Part shown: one piece after another, positions 1 through 9,018 of the stretch | Layout of the letters: each line of letters opens with the position of its first letter | Position numbering within the stretch: the first letter of the stretch is position 1 | Assembly (NCBI RefSeq): GCF_006345805.1 | Contig: NW_021826704.1 | Coordinates: forward strand, 1 to 12,042 | Direction of reading: 5' to 3' | Length of the DNA: 12,042 bases | Source: Octopus sinensis | Lineage: Eukaryota | Made by a program: the position numbers and the translations under genes | The notes under the pieces: model-generated | What the model saw: the letters and a program-made list of their open reading frames with translations, nothing else | Database searches by the model: none | Told to the model about the DNA's origin: nothing

Positions 1-149
1 TTTTAGGCTCAATAACTGATGAGAGTAAACGTGTCCATGTTGTGGTGCGTTGTTGGTTCTATTGTCCGTGTCTCCCTTCGACGTTGTTAAAGAACTTGAA
101 AGTAAGACACAGCGGGTCCGAAAATATAGTATAATTCCGAGAAGAGGAA

Positions 150-397
150 CAATGTGATCGAAGAATTCCAAAACCAGAAATTTGTCGCAAGACATCAAGT
201 AGGCCCTTGAAGTTGTCGAGTGTTATCTAAGAGATCGGAAAAGGCCGATTTGAAGGCCATCACAACTATAGGAAGAAGATTTAGTTAAGACATTCGAGTC
301 AAAATAGAAAAAAAAACTGCGCAATGAAGATAGAAGGGGAAACCCATTGAGACCAACGGTGTATAGTCGAAAAACACCTGTTGTTATGTCCTGTTAT
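150..397 (+). mobile_element. Degenerate RTE-clade LINE 3' end (ORF C-terminus plus 3' UTR)
   Basis: Reads ...LEVVECYLRDRKRPI*RP..EEDLVKTFESK, a decayed form of the RTE C-terminal W-x-P-R-x-x-K-R-P-x-G-R-P-x-x-R-W motif; 317-397 recurs at 1858-1938 (76/81 identical). Confidence 0.6.
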
Positions 398-399
398 AT

Positions 400-972
400 G
401 AAATCGACGAGGTAAAGGAGTACGTTACTTAGAACATACAGTGAATATGCGCTGAAACAAGGCTGCTGGAATCTTGAAGGGAATAAAGGCAGGGATTGAA
501 GGCCTTTACCTCAAAGAATGTGCTGAAAACAAAGCTTGAAAAGACCGTACATTCCAGACTCTTCAATGAAGCCACGTCTACCTGCGTTCTCATAAGCAGG
601 TGTTATGTGGGTTACTACAAAGAGGGAAAACATCGATTGGATCCAACGCAAAGGGTCATGGGAAGATTTGATCTTGGAATACCATTCCGAGATTATATCC
701 AAATAAGAAACTTCAAGAATAGAGAGAAATAAGCGACATAGTCGCAGTCTGGACGAAGGTACAAGTCCGCTGGGTCAGAAATGTCGCAAGATTCACAGAC
801 CACAGGCGGACCCGAGCAGCTGCCGAAAGATATCCAAGATAACGGAAAAAGGTCATTTGGAAGATCTCAACGACGACAGGAAGCCCATTTAGTTATAAGA
901 TTTGGGCCAATATGGAAAAGAATGGTGAAATCTAGAAAGAATTGGAAGTGCATTGTGACCAGCAATGTATAA
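400..972 (+). mobile_element. RTE-clade non-LTR retrotransposon fragment, C-terminal part of RT ORF (frameshifted)
   Basis: Across frames: EIDEVKEYV.., LKAFTSKNVLKTKLEKTVHSRLFN.., TQRVMGRFDLGIPFRDYI, VRWVRNVARFTDHRRTRAAAERYPR*, KRSFGRSQRR..FGPIWKRMVKSRKNWK. Collinear with the RTE-type pattern YVYLG / AMERSMLGI / RWAGHVAR / WYPR..KR..GRP. Confidence 0.8.
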
Positions 973-974
973 CA

Positions 975-1345
975 GCTCCGTTTCCCTAGTATTTACTTCT
1001 TCCCCTCCGAAATTCTTCCGTCGAGCTCCTGCTGGTTTGAAGTTATTGCTTTCTATATGCAGCTTTTAATTTTCTGGATCAGCAAATCGTAATCCTCATT
1101 GAACTCTGCAAGTTGACTCGAATTTTTCTTTTTGATAGCTTCCTGAAACTGCTTCACATCAAAGGCGTCTTTCAGATGTGCAGAGCTTTTTTCTCTCTGA
1201 TTTCCCTGATTACAATCTTCACCTATAGCTAGCGATGATCATTGCTTGCGTTGAATGGCGCTACTACTGTGATGTCCTGCAATATGCGCCATTTATTGAC
1301 CATGATGTAGTCAATTTCTTTTTTGTATTGAGTGTTCAGATCCCT
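975..1345 (-). mobile_element. LINE AP-endonuclease C-terminal fragment and linker, inverted relative to its neighbours
   Basis: Minus ORF 1229-1441 contains KKEIDYIMVNKWRILQDITVVAPFNASNDHR, matching the APE-domain motifs IDY(I) and (S)DHR of RTE/L2-type LINEs. Confidence 0.75.
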
Positions 1346-1440
1346 CTCTTCCCTGGTTGCTTCATAAATAGCCTGTTCCGAATCTAAAGTCTTCTTGTTT
1401 CTGCTACGGTAACCCAATGTTCTTTTTTGTTTCTCATTCA

Positions 1441-1766
1441 AATACCATCCTGCTTCAGAAGAGGGATGATAAAGAATATTTTAAAAACTATCGTCCTATA
1501 ATACCGCTTACTTCACCTCTATAAACTGTGTACAAATACAGACTACTGAAACACGTCGTCGACCAACAGCCGAGAGAAAGAGAAAGAGAGAGAGAGCAGG
1601 TTTCTGTATGAATTGAGTACAATGGATAACATATTAACTCAAACACAGCTCATAGAACGAGCGAATGAATACAAGCTTCCTCTGTATAATCACTTTTGTC
1701 GATTATGAAAAGGCCTTCGATAGCGCCGAGATAAACGCAGTGTTGAAATTCCTGAATATGGAAGGC
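1441..1766 (+). mobile_element. RTE-clade LINE reverse transcriptase N-terminal fragment (frameshifted)
   Basis: NTILLQKRDDKEYFKNYRPI (1441-1500), a decayed QAGF region near 1595, then TQLIERANEYKLPLY / ITFVDYEKAFDSAEINAVLKFLNMEG. NYRPI and DxxKAFD are hallmark non-LTR RT motifs. Confidence 0.85.
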
Positions 1767-1857
1767 GCCGAGGCGCAGCACAGCAAGCAGATTAGAGGGG
1801 CCCAAAAGATATATATCTGCTATCGCCATTGATAAGGGTTCCAAATGGGAAGGGAGT

Positions 1858-1938
1858 CTGCGCAATGAAGACAGAAGTGGAAACCCATTGTGACCAACGG
1901 TGTATAGTTGAAAGACACCTGTTGTTATGTCCTGTTAT
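1858..1938 (+). repeat. 81-bp direct repeat of 317-397; RTE LINE 3' terminus
   Basis: 5 mismatches in 81 bp versus 317-397; a more diverged third copy (cattgtgaccagcaatgtataa) ends the RTE fragment at 951-972. Confidence 0.8.
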
Positions 1939-2027
1939 TTGTATTTGTGTAACATTCTCAAATTTTTTTCCGCCCTTGTCTTCGTATACCTTCGCTGCTT
2001 TCTTCCAAGGAATATAATGCTCTAATC

Positions 2028-2213
2028 TAATGCTCTTAGCTTAGTTTTTCCTTGGGGCTGGCCAGATTGGAGCAATCTCGAGTATAACCAGCCGAAATGG
2101 CAAAAGATAATCTGGAACTCGATTGAGGAAAGAAAAACTCCAAATGGACCCGTCCTTGTTTTCTTTGTATCGTCTATCTGGATGTTTTGTGTTCTTGTCC
2201 CATTTGGTATTTC
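2028..2213. repeat. Unclassified interspersed repeat fragment
   Basis: Complex non-coding block between LINE debris and a (TA)n array; resembles a repeat I recall from octopus DNA (recollection only). Confidence 0.3.
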
Positions 2214-2528
2214 ATATATAATATATATATATATATTATATATATATATAATATAATATATATATATATATAGATATATATATATATATATGTATGTATG
2301 TATGTATGTGTGTGTGTGTGTGTTGTGTATAGATATATATATGGATATAGTGTATGTACATAGTATGTGTGTATATATATAATATATACATAGTGTATAT
2401 ATAATTATTATATCAGGGAAGTTATTCCGAATCCACAGGGGAGAGAAATTCAATTTAGTGATACTGAAAGAATTTCTCGCTGTATTATAGACATACATAT
2501 ACATATATATATATACATATATATACAA

Positions 2529-2597
<69 letters not shown>
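2214..2597. repeat. Compound (TA)n/(TG)n/(TATG)n microsatellite with a short unique insert (~2414-2490)
   Basis: Directly visible; pure (TA)n at about 2530-2597. Confidence 0.95.
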
Positions 2598-2599
<2 letters not shown>

Positions 2600-2600
<1 letters not shown>

Positions 2601-2726
2601 TAAAAGTTAGACGAATGAAAAGATCTCCAGCGATCTACGTAATACACATACACACACACACAGATATATATATGTATGTATGTTATCACGTAGATCGTTG
2701 GAGATCTGTTCCATCCGTAACTTTAC
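2600..2726. repeat. Imperfect inverted repeat (arms 2600-2644 and 2684-2726) around a CA/TA microsatellite loop
   Basis: agatctccagcgatctacgt (2621-2640) matches the reverse complement of 2688-2707 at 19/20; similarity extends outward to gtaaa...tttac. Confidence 0.85.
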
Positions 2727-2749
2727 TCTTAGACTTTCCTCCATCTCCT

Positions 2750-2783
2750 GTTTCTAACAAAGAGCGTTTGCTCGAAACGTCAG
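2750..2783 (+). ncRNA. Degenerate minimal hammerhead-ribozyme-like motif (Penelope-like element remnant)
   Basis: CTAACAA (CUGANGA with two G>A changes), A, perfect stem II GAGC-gttt-GCTC, GAAA, CG, TC. Order and spacing match a minimal type I hammerhead; the core is mutated, so probably inactive. Confidence 0.5.
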
Positions 2784-3333
2784 CTAATACCCTGCATGTA
2801 CCACGTGTTCGCGTTGTTGTTTGTTTCCTGTTGTACTTGTATATCTTTTTTTGGGGATTAACTATATAAATATATATATATATATGATAATATATATATA
2901 ATATATATATATATTATATATATACACACACTGTGGCACACATATAAGTTATCAGTGAGGTATTGTTAATCCGAGAAAATATTTTATAAGCTCTCTGTTA
3001 GTATACCGGGCTTACAATATTGTTAAGATTAGTAAAGAGCTCTGCGTATACTGGTGCACTCTCTGAGGTTATAGTTCATTACCATTTAAATCCATGGCTG
3101 TGTTCCAGTTAAACTGCGTTCTCTTAACTGAGTTATACACAAGACAATAATATAGAACTTAGTGGTAACGATGATGCATTTCGTTATGCAAATACTTAAA
3201 GGCTATAAGCTTACACTTGTCCCGCCTGTGTTTATTAGTACTATTACTTCATTCACTTTCTAATCTCGTTACAGACGGTTTTGTTTGTTGTTTGACCGAG
3301 ACAGTCGTTTCGGTTTGAAATTGTCCCCCATAG

Positions 3334-3429
3334 GATGACCTGTATCGAGATCTATTGCATTTTCTAGAAATTTGTTTAAAACTGCCGTTCAAACCGAAAA
3401 GATCCGCAGTGTATTTTGATGGAAATAAG
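3334..3429 (+). CDS. Weak candidate exon (96 nt) of an unidentified host gene
   Basis: tcccccatAG acceptor, AAG|GTACAA donor, open frame DDLYRDLLHFLEICLKLPFKPKRSAVYFDGNK; no recognised homology. Confidence 0.15.
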
Positions 3430-3557
3430 GTACAAAGGATTAAACCATTAAGTCCATACCTGCAAGAAAGACATTCCTGAGGAAAGACATGCTGGAGACA
3501 GGAAATTGGCATAGTTATTAGTGTGGGTTGTGGAGGTTAGAATCATGCAAAAGATCC

Positions 3558-3892
3558 GATTTTTCTATAGAAATTAGAGTCAATACTGAAAGTTATGAAG
3601 TTTCGTGTACGAATACGTATATTGGAACAACGTGACCGAAGATAGAAAAATAGGAATGTGTTTAAAATGTAAAACTGGTATATCCAATAATATTACAATG
3701 CTACATTTAGTGGCTGTCAAAGCAATATGTTTGTGAATGGTTGAAGGGTTGGATGTGGTGCTGAAGAAGTTGCAAGATTTCCTGAAATATGCACATACGT
3801 CCATTTCTTTGTATCTTCGATCTCATTGTTTTTACAAACGTATTCGTATCCGAAGTGTAACTTTCAGTATTGTCTCTAAACTCTATAAAATC
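3558..3892. repeat. Long imperfect inverted repeat / foldback element (arms ~3558-3660 and ~3792-3892)
   Basis: Exact complementary blocks caatactgaaagtta (3581-3595) / taactttcagtattg (3858-3872) and tacgaatacgt (3608-3618) / acgtattcgta (3838-3848), with collinear similarity over ~100 bp. Confidence 0.85.
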
Positions 3893-3961
3893 TGAAAGTA
3901 TATATGTAAGTTTCTCTCTCTTTTCTTTCTCTCTCTATACGCAACAAACGCACATACACAG

Positions 3962-3979
3962 ACTCACTCCTCTGGGATG
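3962..3979 (+). CDS. Candidate 18-nt microexon
   Basis: Polypyrimidine tract 3911-3936, no AG until acAG (3960-3961), then ACTCACTCCTCTGGGATG followed by a GTAAGA donor; length divisible by 3. Confidence 0.3.
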
Positions 3980-4316
3980 GTAAGATTGAAAAGCACTCCA
4001 TCTGGTGAGAGATGAATATTTAATAAGCACAGTATATATTTTCATGAGTTACGAATAGTTTCATGTGATGAAAAACATCCCAGACAGCATTTAATAACAC
4101 ATCTGGGGTCTTCATGCAATCCTCCGGCTCTTCCTACATAGCATAATTTAAAACTGGATGATGTGATGGGAGAAAAAACGAGAAGAGGCGAAAAGTATAT
4201 AGATGAAAAAAAAGGTGGAAACTTTTATTTTCGTTTTCTGGTGTTTCAACTTTTATTATACTTACTTCCATCTCACCTTTTCTCGTATTTTCTCTCACTA
4301 TGCTGTCCTTCTTCAG

Positions 4317-4345
4317 CTGGTTATGCCATGTTGGCAGAACCGGCG
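4317..4345 (+). CDS. Candidate small exon (29 nt; alternative donor would end it at 4351)
   Basis: About 100 nt of AG-free pyrimidine-rich sequence with CTCAC branch-like motifs ending ttcttcAG (4315-4316); possible donors GCG|GTTTGT (4346) or TGT|GTGAGG (4352). Confidence 0.3.
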
Positions 4346-4441
4346 GTTTGTGTGAGGGCAACATACGTGTTTAAAATGTTCTCAGTCACTTTCATTGTAG
4401 CTCATAAAAATATATATTGTGTTTATTAAGCTATAAATATA

Positions 4442-4468
4442 TCAGGTCATCCCATAAGTTCTGTCCGA
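4442..4468 (+). repeat. Mariner terminal inverted repeat (downstream of the transposase)
   Basis: Exact reverse complement of 5701-5727. Confidence 0.95.
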
Positions 4469-4515
4469 ATTTGAATAAAGAAAACAAGTGATCAAATGTT
4501 ATATTTAATTGAAAT

Positions 4516-5543
4516 ATAATCAACAATGTACATTCCCTGATTATCTATGACTTCCTTACATCTATTTACAAGCTTTTTAATCCCATCAATGTAAAACTCT
4601 TTTAGTTACAAAGCGAAGAACTCTGAAATGTCGGTTTCGGCCTCCTCCTGGTTTACAAAAGTTATGTCCACCAAATGATTCTGTAAACTACGAAACAAAT
4701 GGTAATCTGAAGGAGTAATGTCAGGAGAATAAGGTGGATGAGGAATTTTTTCCCAGCCAAGTTCATCGATCTTCTGTGATGCTGTCTTAGCAGTGTGAGG
4801 TCGCACATTGTCATTATGAAACATCACTTCTTTTCGATTCACTAAAGCGGGTCTTTTTTCCTTCAAAGCTTGGTTCAAACGCTCTAATTGCTGACAGTAT
4901 TTTTGAGATTTGATTGTTGCATTAGGTGGTAACAATTCAAAGTGAATTACTCCTTTGCAATCCCACCAGATAGAGAGAAGAACCTTTTTCCCATGAAGTT
5001 CCCTTCTCGGTTGTGGTTGAGCTTTTTCTCCTTTACCAAGCCACTGTTTACGACGTTTAACATTTCGATAGAAGATCCATTTTTCGTCACTAGTCACAAT
5101 TCCATCCCAAAAGGTCTAAATTAGTTCGCGAGAATGGAGAGAAGAGCAGATGTCAACTCGGGATTTGCGGTTGCTCTCGGACAATTCCTGAAGCACCCAT
5201 TTTCCAAGTCTAGGAATTTTCCAAGTTGTTGAAGATGACGATGAACAGTTGTATGGTTTGAACTTAGCTTTATTGCCAATTCTTTAACAGATAATGCAGG
5301 ATTTTCTTCAAGCAATGCCTCAAGGAGCTTATCATCAAACTCAACTGGACATCCTGTTCTATCGTCAACTTCAAGGCTGAAATATTCCCTTCTGAATTTT
5401 GCAAACCATCTTCTACAAATTCTTTCATTCAGGCATTCTTTCCCATAAACCGAGTATATGTCTTGAGTCGCTTCGGCTGCAGAGTTTCCTTTTTTGTACT
5501 CATAAAGCATTATGTGCCTCAAATGCTCTTTGGATACTTCGAT
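4516..5543 (-). pseudogene. Mariner transposase pseudogene (~342 codons reconstructed)
   Basis: HTH region HLRHIMLYEYKKGNSAAEA..RRWFAKFR; WVLQEL (WVPHEL motif); TSDEKW, HNDNVRPH and YSPDITPSDYHLF with 34 residues between the last two Asp. Lesions: likely start ATG>ATC (5541-5543), 1-nt deletion at ~5215-5220, stops at 5116-5118 and 4606-4608. Homology continues past the second stop (KEFYIDGIKKLVNRCKEVIDNQGMYIVD). Confidence 0.95.
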
Positions 5544-5700
5544 GTTAGAAAGGATTTTAACTAAAAAAAATTAATTCTATTATTCTGTAAAGTAATATTT
5601 TATTAGTTTAAATGTATACAAATGCATAAAAATGGGTTTTAATTCCATTAGACATTCTAAAATACTATTAAATTTCATGCAATTTAAAAAAAAGGTAAAA

Positions 5701-5723
5701 TCGGACAGAACTTATGGGATGAC

Positions 5724-5727
<4 letters not shown>
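5701..5727 (-). repeat. Mariner terminal inverted repeat (upstream of the transposase)
   Basis: Exact reverse complement of 4442-4468, followed by (TA)13. Confidence 0.95.
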
Positions 5728-5756
<29 letters not shown>

Positions 5757-5757
<1 letters not shown>

Positions 5758-6131
5758 GCGCAGGAGTGGCTGTGTGATAAGAAGCTTACTTCCCAACCAC
5801 ATAATTCCGGGTTTCAGTCCCACTCCGTGGCACCTTGAGCAAGTGTCTTCTACTATAGCCTCAGGCCGACCGAAACTCGTGAGTAGATTTGGTAGGCGGA
5901 AACTGAAAGAAGCCCGTCGTATATATGTATGTTTGTGTTTGATCCCCCCCCCATCCCTTGACAACCGATGTTGGTGTGTTTAAGTCTCCGTAACTTAGCG
6001 GTTCGGCAAATGGGAACGGTTAGAATAAGCACTAAGCTTACAAAGATTAAGTTCTGGTTTCGATTTGTTCGACTAAAGGCGCTGCTCCAGTAGAGGCGCA
6101 GTCAAATGACTGAAACAAGTAAAACAGTAAA
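5757..6131 (+). mobile_element. tRNA-derived SINE with CORE-like domain (octopus-type), near full length
   Basis: A-box-like TGGCTGTGTGA, B-box-like GGTTTCAGTCCC, CORE-like CCTTGAGCAAGTGTCTT, internal (TA/TG) tract, tail GACTGAAACAAGTAAAA; collinear with 11085-11480. Confidence 0.9.
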
Positions 6132-6136
6132 TGTAT

Positions 6137-6400
6137 CTTGAGCAAGTGTCTTCTATTATATAGCGCGGACCATAAAAAAGATCTCATCGTGTATATAAGT
6201 ATTTGTGTACATGCGTATATGTGTGTGTGTTGACAACTGGTGTTAGTGTGTTTACGTCTCCATAAATTAGCCGTTCGGCAAATGAGATTGACAGAATACG
6301 CAAGCGGCTATAAAAAAAAAATAATTATATCCGAGCGGGTGGTAATTGAGTCGTTCGGCTAAAAACCAAAGTCCACCGATTAAAACAAGTAAACGATAAT
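6137..6400 (+). mobile_element. 5'-truncated, more diverged copy of the same SINE family
   Basis: cttgagcaagtgtcttcta, ttgacaac..gtgtgtttacgtctcc, gttcggcaaatg and aaacaagtaaa occur in the same order as in 5835-6123. Confidence 0.75.
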
Positions 6401-6606
6401 AAATAATTTAAACCTAGAGAAATTTGCATATTAAAAATTAAAATATATAAACGCTATGTATGATGTGAATATTTGATAATTATGTTAAAGGTGATGAATT
6501 GTATGTCATATACAATAAATTCTTAATTCATTTTAGTTTTTTTTCTCACCGAAAACGAGAAAAATAAAAAAAAAACAAAAAACAAAAAACAAATCCGAAA
6601 AATGTC

Positions 6607-6896
6607 ATGTGTGTGTGTGCGTATGTGTATGTATTCAGGAGCACTCACACATATATATATATATAGGCATATGTATAACATTATACATATACACGCGTAA
6701 ATATACATTTATATACTCGTGCGCTTGTATTTATATACGTGAGTATATATATATATATACATATATATTATATATACATATTTATTTATATATATATATA
6801 TTTTATATATACATATATATATATATATTTTTATATACATATATACACACATACACATATATGTTTATATGTAAACACACAATCTCTCTCTCTCTT

Positions 6897-6949
<53 letters not shown>

Positions 6950-6990
6950 TTATGATAGAAAGATAGGTAGGTAGGTAGAGAAAGAGAGAG
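6607..6990. repeat. Compound (TG)n/(TA)n/(TC)n/(GA)n microsatellite
   Basis: Directly visible. Confidence 0.95.
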
Positions 6991-7077
6991 CAACAAGAGA
7001 GGCAGATAGATAGACTGACAGAGATATTATTATGTATGTGTTTCGTATAATGTATTTTTTCCTGACAAACTTCATTC

Positions 7078-7397
7078 CAATACTAGTGGGGATTCTTTAG
7101 TGTTTACTAACATAATGAGATGCTGATATATAATTGGAAGTATATATATATTCATTCTTATTCTTATATTATGTATATATCTATATCTATATCTATATCT
7201 ATATCTATTTCTATGTCTAAGCACGTGTGTGGGTGTGTTACACCGTATTTTCAAATATTCCGCATAATACGCTTCGGAATACGAATACACTGAGTCTGTA
7301 TAGAGATGTATATAGATGTATGCATACATCTATATACATCCAATTATATCAGCATCTCATTATGTTAGCAAACATTGCAGAATTCCCCTCAGTATTG
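7078..7397. repeat. Foldback / MITE-like inverted repeat (arms ~7078-7146 and ~7331-7397)
   Basis: 24-bp exact complement ctaacataatgagatgctgatata (7107-7130) / 7345-7368, within ~68-bp collinear arms. Confidence 0.85.
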
Positions 7398-7408
7398 CAT
7401 TGTAATGA

Positions 7409-7439
7409 ACACTCACACACACACACTTGCTCACTCACT

Positions 7440-7470
<31 letters not shown>

Positions 7471-7949
7471 ACACACACACATATATACATCCACACATAT
7501 ATACACACACATATACATACACATACAAACATATAATACTATATATACCCCCCACATTTACATATATATACACACACATATATATACACCCACATATATA
7601 TGCGAGTATTTATATATATTCATATACGTGTATATATATGTACACCCACAATATATATTTATGTACATATATCGACATGTATATGTGTGCATATATATAT
7701 ACATGCATGTGTGTGTTTTTATATATATATAAATATACGATGTATATATATATATGTTTGTATATCTATTTCTCTAACTCTCTGTGTCTCTGTCTATCTA
7801 TCTATCTATATATATATATGTGTATGTATATATACTCCTTCACTGTTTCAGTCATTTGACTGTGACCATGCTGGAGCACCACATTATATATATATATGTA
7901 TATATATATGTATATAATAAGTATATATATATATGTATATATATGTATG

Positions 7950-8009
<60 letters not shown>

Positions 8010-8014
8010 TATAT
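7409..8014. repeat. Compound (CA)n/(CG)n/(TA)n/(TG)n low-complexity array
   Basis: Directly visible; interrupted by a SINE tail at 7833-7882. Confidence 0.95.
7833..7882 (-). mobile_element. SINE 3' tail fragment
   Basis: Reverse complement gtggtgctccagcatggtcacagtcaaatgactgaaac matches 11423-11460 (gcggtgctccagcatggccgcagtcaaatgaccgaaac). Confidence 0.85.
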
Positions 8015-8673
8015 CTACAAACAACCCCAAAGAAACCCATTTTGGTCCGAGGGAAGAATTTTAGTTCTTATTAAAATCGATAGCGTACAGTGAAATTGTT
8101 GCGGGTGTTGAAAATCAAACGTTTTGGTCAGAGTCATTCTTCAGGTGAAAGTTAATATGACAGAATATATAGAGATACGCCACTTTAGAAATATTGGCTG
8201 AACCTGCTAATAAACACAGATCAAGGGCAATTCATACATGAACAAGAAGTTGTAGGACAGACGAGTAGAATGACAAGTAGTGAAATCGGATGAAATCGAA
8301 AGCAGGGTAGTGGGGAAAAATGGATTGTTTTGTAAATATCTCTGCTGCTCTCTCTTTAATTTCTTTCCGGTCAAATTTTCCTTGTAGAAAACGTTAGATT
8401 TTCTGTTCATCATTACTGCTGATGTTTGAGGCTGCTCAAATGGAAGGGAGGATCACAAGAGTGTCATACGAGAACAGGAAGTGTTAGGATAGAGGTAGAA
8501 AGGAATAAGAACGGAATGAGAAATTGGTAAAGCCACCCAGATGAAACGCATGCGTTAGAAGACTACTGCTGCACTTCGAAGGTTGCTTTCTATCTTTAGT
8601 TCTACATCGAGTGCGCGCGTACACAAATTCCTTCGTTGTGTAATTTTCAGTATTGTTTTCAATTCTTTTCCAG

Positions 8674-8719
8674 AGACATTTTAAACCGTACTCTACCCTA
8701 ACAATGGTTGGACAAAACT
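8674..8719 (+). CDS. Candidate 46-nt exon
   Basis: ttttcaattcttttccAG acceptor and GTGAGT donor (8720-8725); only one frame is open (RHFKPYSTLTMVGQN). Confidence 0.35.
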
Positions 8720-8798
8720 GTGAGTCTTCCATACCTATTATATTATTTTTTTTATATCATAACTATTCCTATACTTTTTCAGCAGGACTTCTAGAATG

Positions 8799-8843
8799 TC
8801 ATCATCATCATCATAATCATCATCATAATCATCATCATCATCA

Positions 8844-8891
<48 letters not shown>

Positions 8892-8944
8892 TATTATTAT
8901 TGTTGTTGTTGTTGTTGTTGTTGTTGTTATTATTATTATTATTA

Positions 8945-8996
<52 letters not shown>

Positions 8997-9018
8997 GTTG
9001 TTGTTGTTGTTGTTGTTG

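Larger units (their letters stand above)
4442..5727 (-). mobile_element. Full-length mariner (Tc1/mariner, DD34D) DNA transposon, 1286 bp, non-autonomous copy
   Basis: Perfect 27-bp TIRs TCAGGTCATCCCATAAGTTCTGTCCGA (4442-4468; reverse complement 5701-5727), TA at 4440-4441 and 5728-5729, internal transposase. Confidence 0.97.

Noticed and set aside
16-35. CTGATGA followed by ...TAAACGTGTC as a hammerhead core
   Set aside because: No stem II and no GAAA; compatible with chance.
317-1938. 81-bp direct repeats as LTRs of one element
   Set aside because: No PBS or PPT evident, the repeat is homologous to the RTE ORF end at 951-972, and the interior is non-LTR debris in mixed orientation.
2022-2869. 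ORFs 2022-2528, 2450-2689 and 2615-2869
   Set aside because: Open because of (TA)n/(CA)n repeats; the VDRWRS shared by two of them reflects the inverted repeat, not coding.
4606-5522. Two separate genes, or a domesticated SETMAR-like transposase
   Set aside because: They are pieces of one transposase broken by a frameshift and stops, inside intact TIRs, with no SET domain visible.
5757-5835. tRNA gene
   Set aside because: A/B-box-like motifs belong to a SINE head that continues into the SINE body; no convincing cloverleaf.
5668-5983. ORFs 5668-5964 and 5774-5983 (also 11234-11491)
   Set aside because: They lie within SINE, TIR or microsatellite sequence, and the frames are not conserved between SINE copies.
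6523-8040. YI/HT/CV-rich ORFs of up to 210 aa
   Set aside because: Translations of dinucleotide microsatellites.
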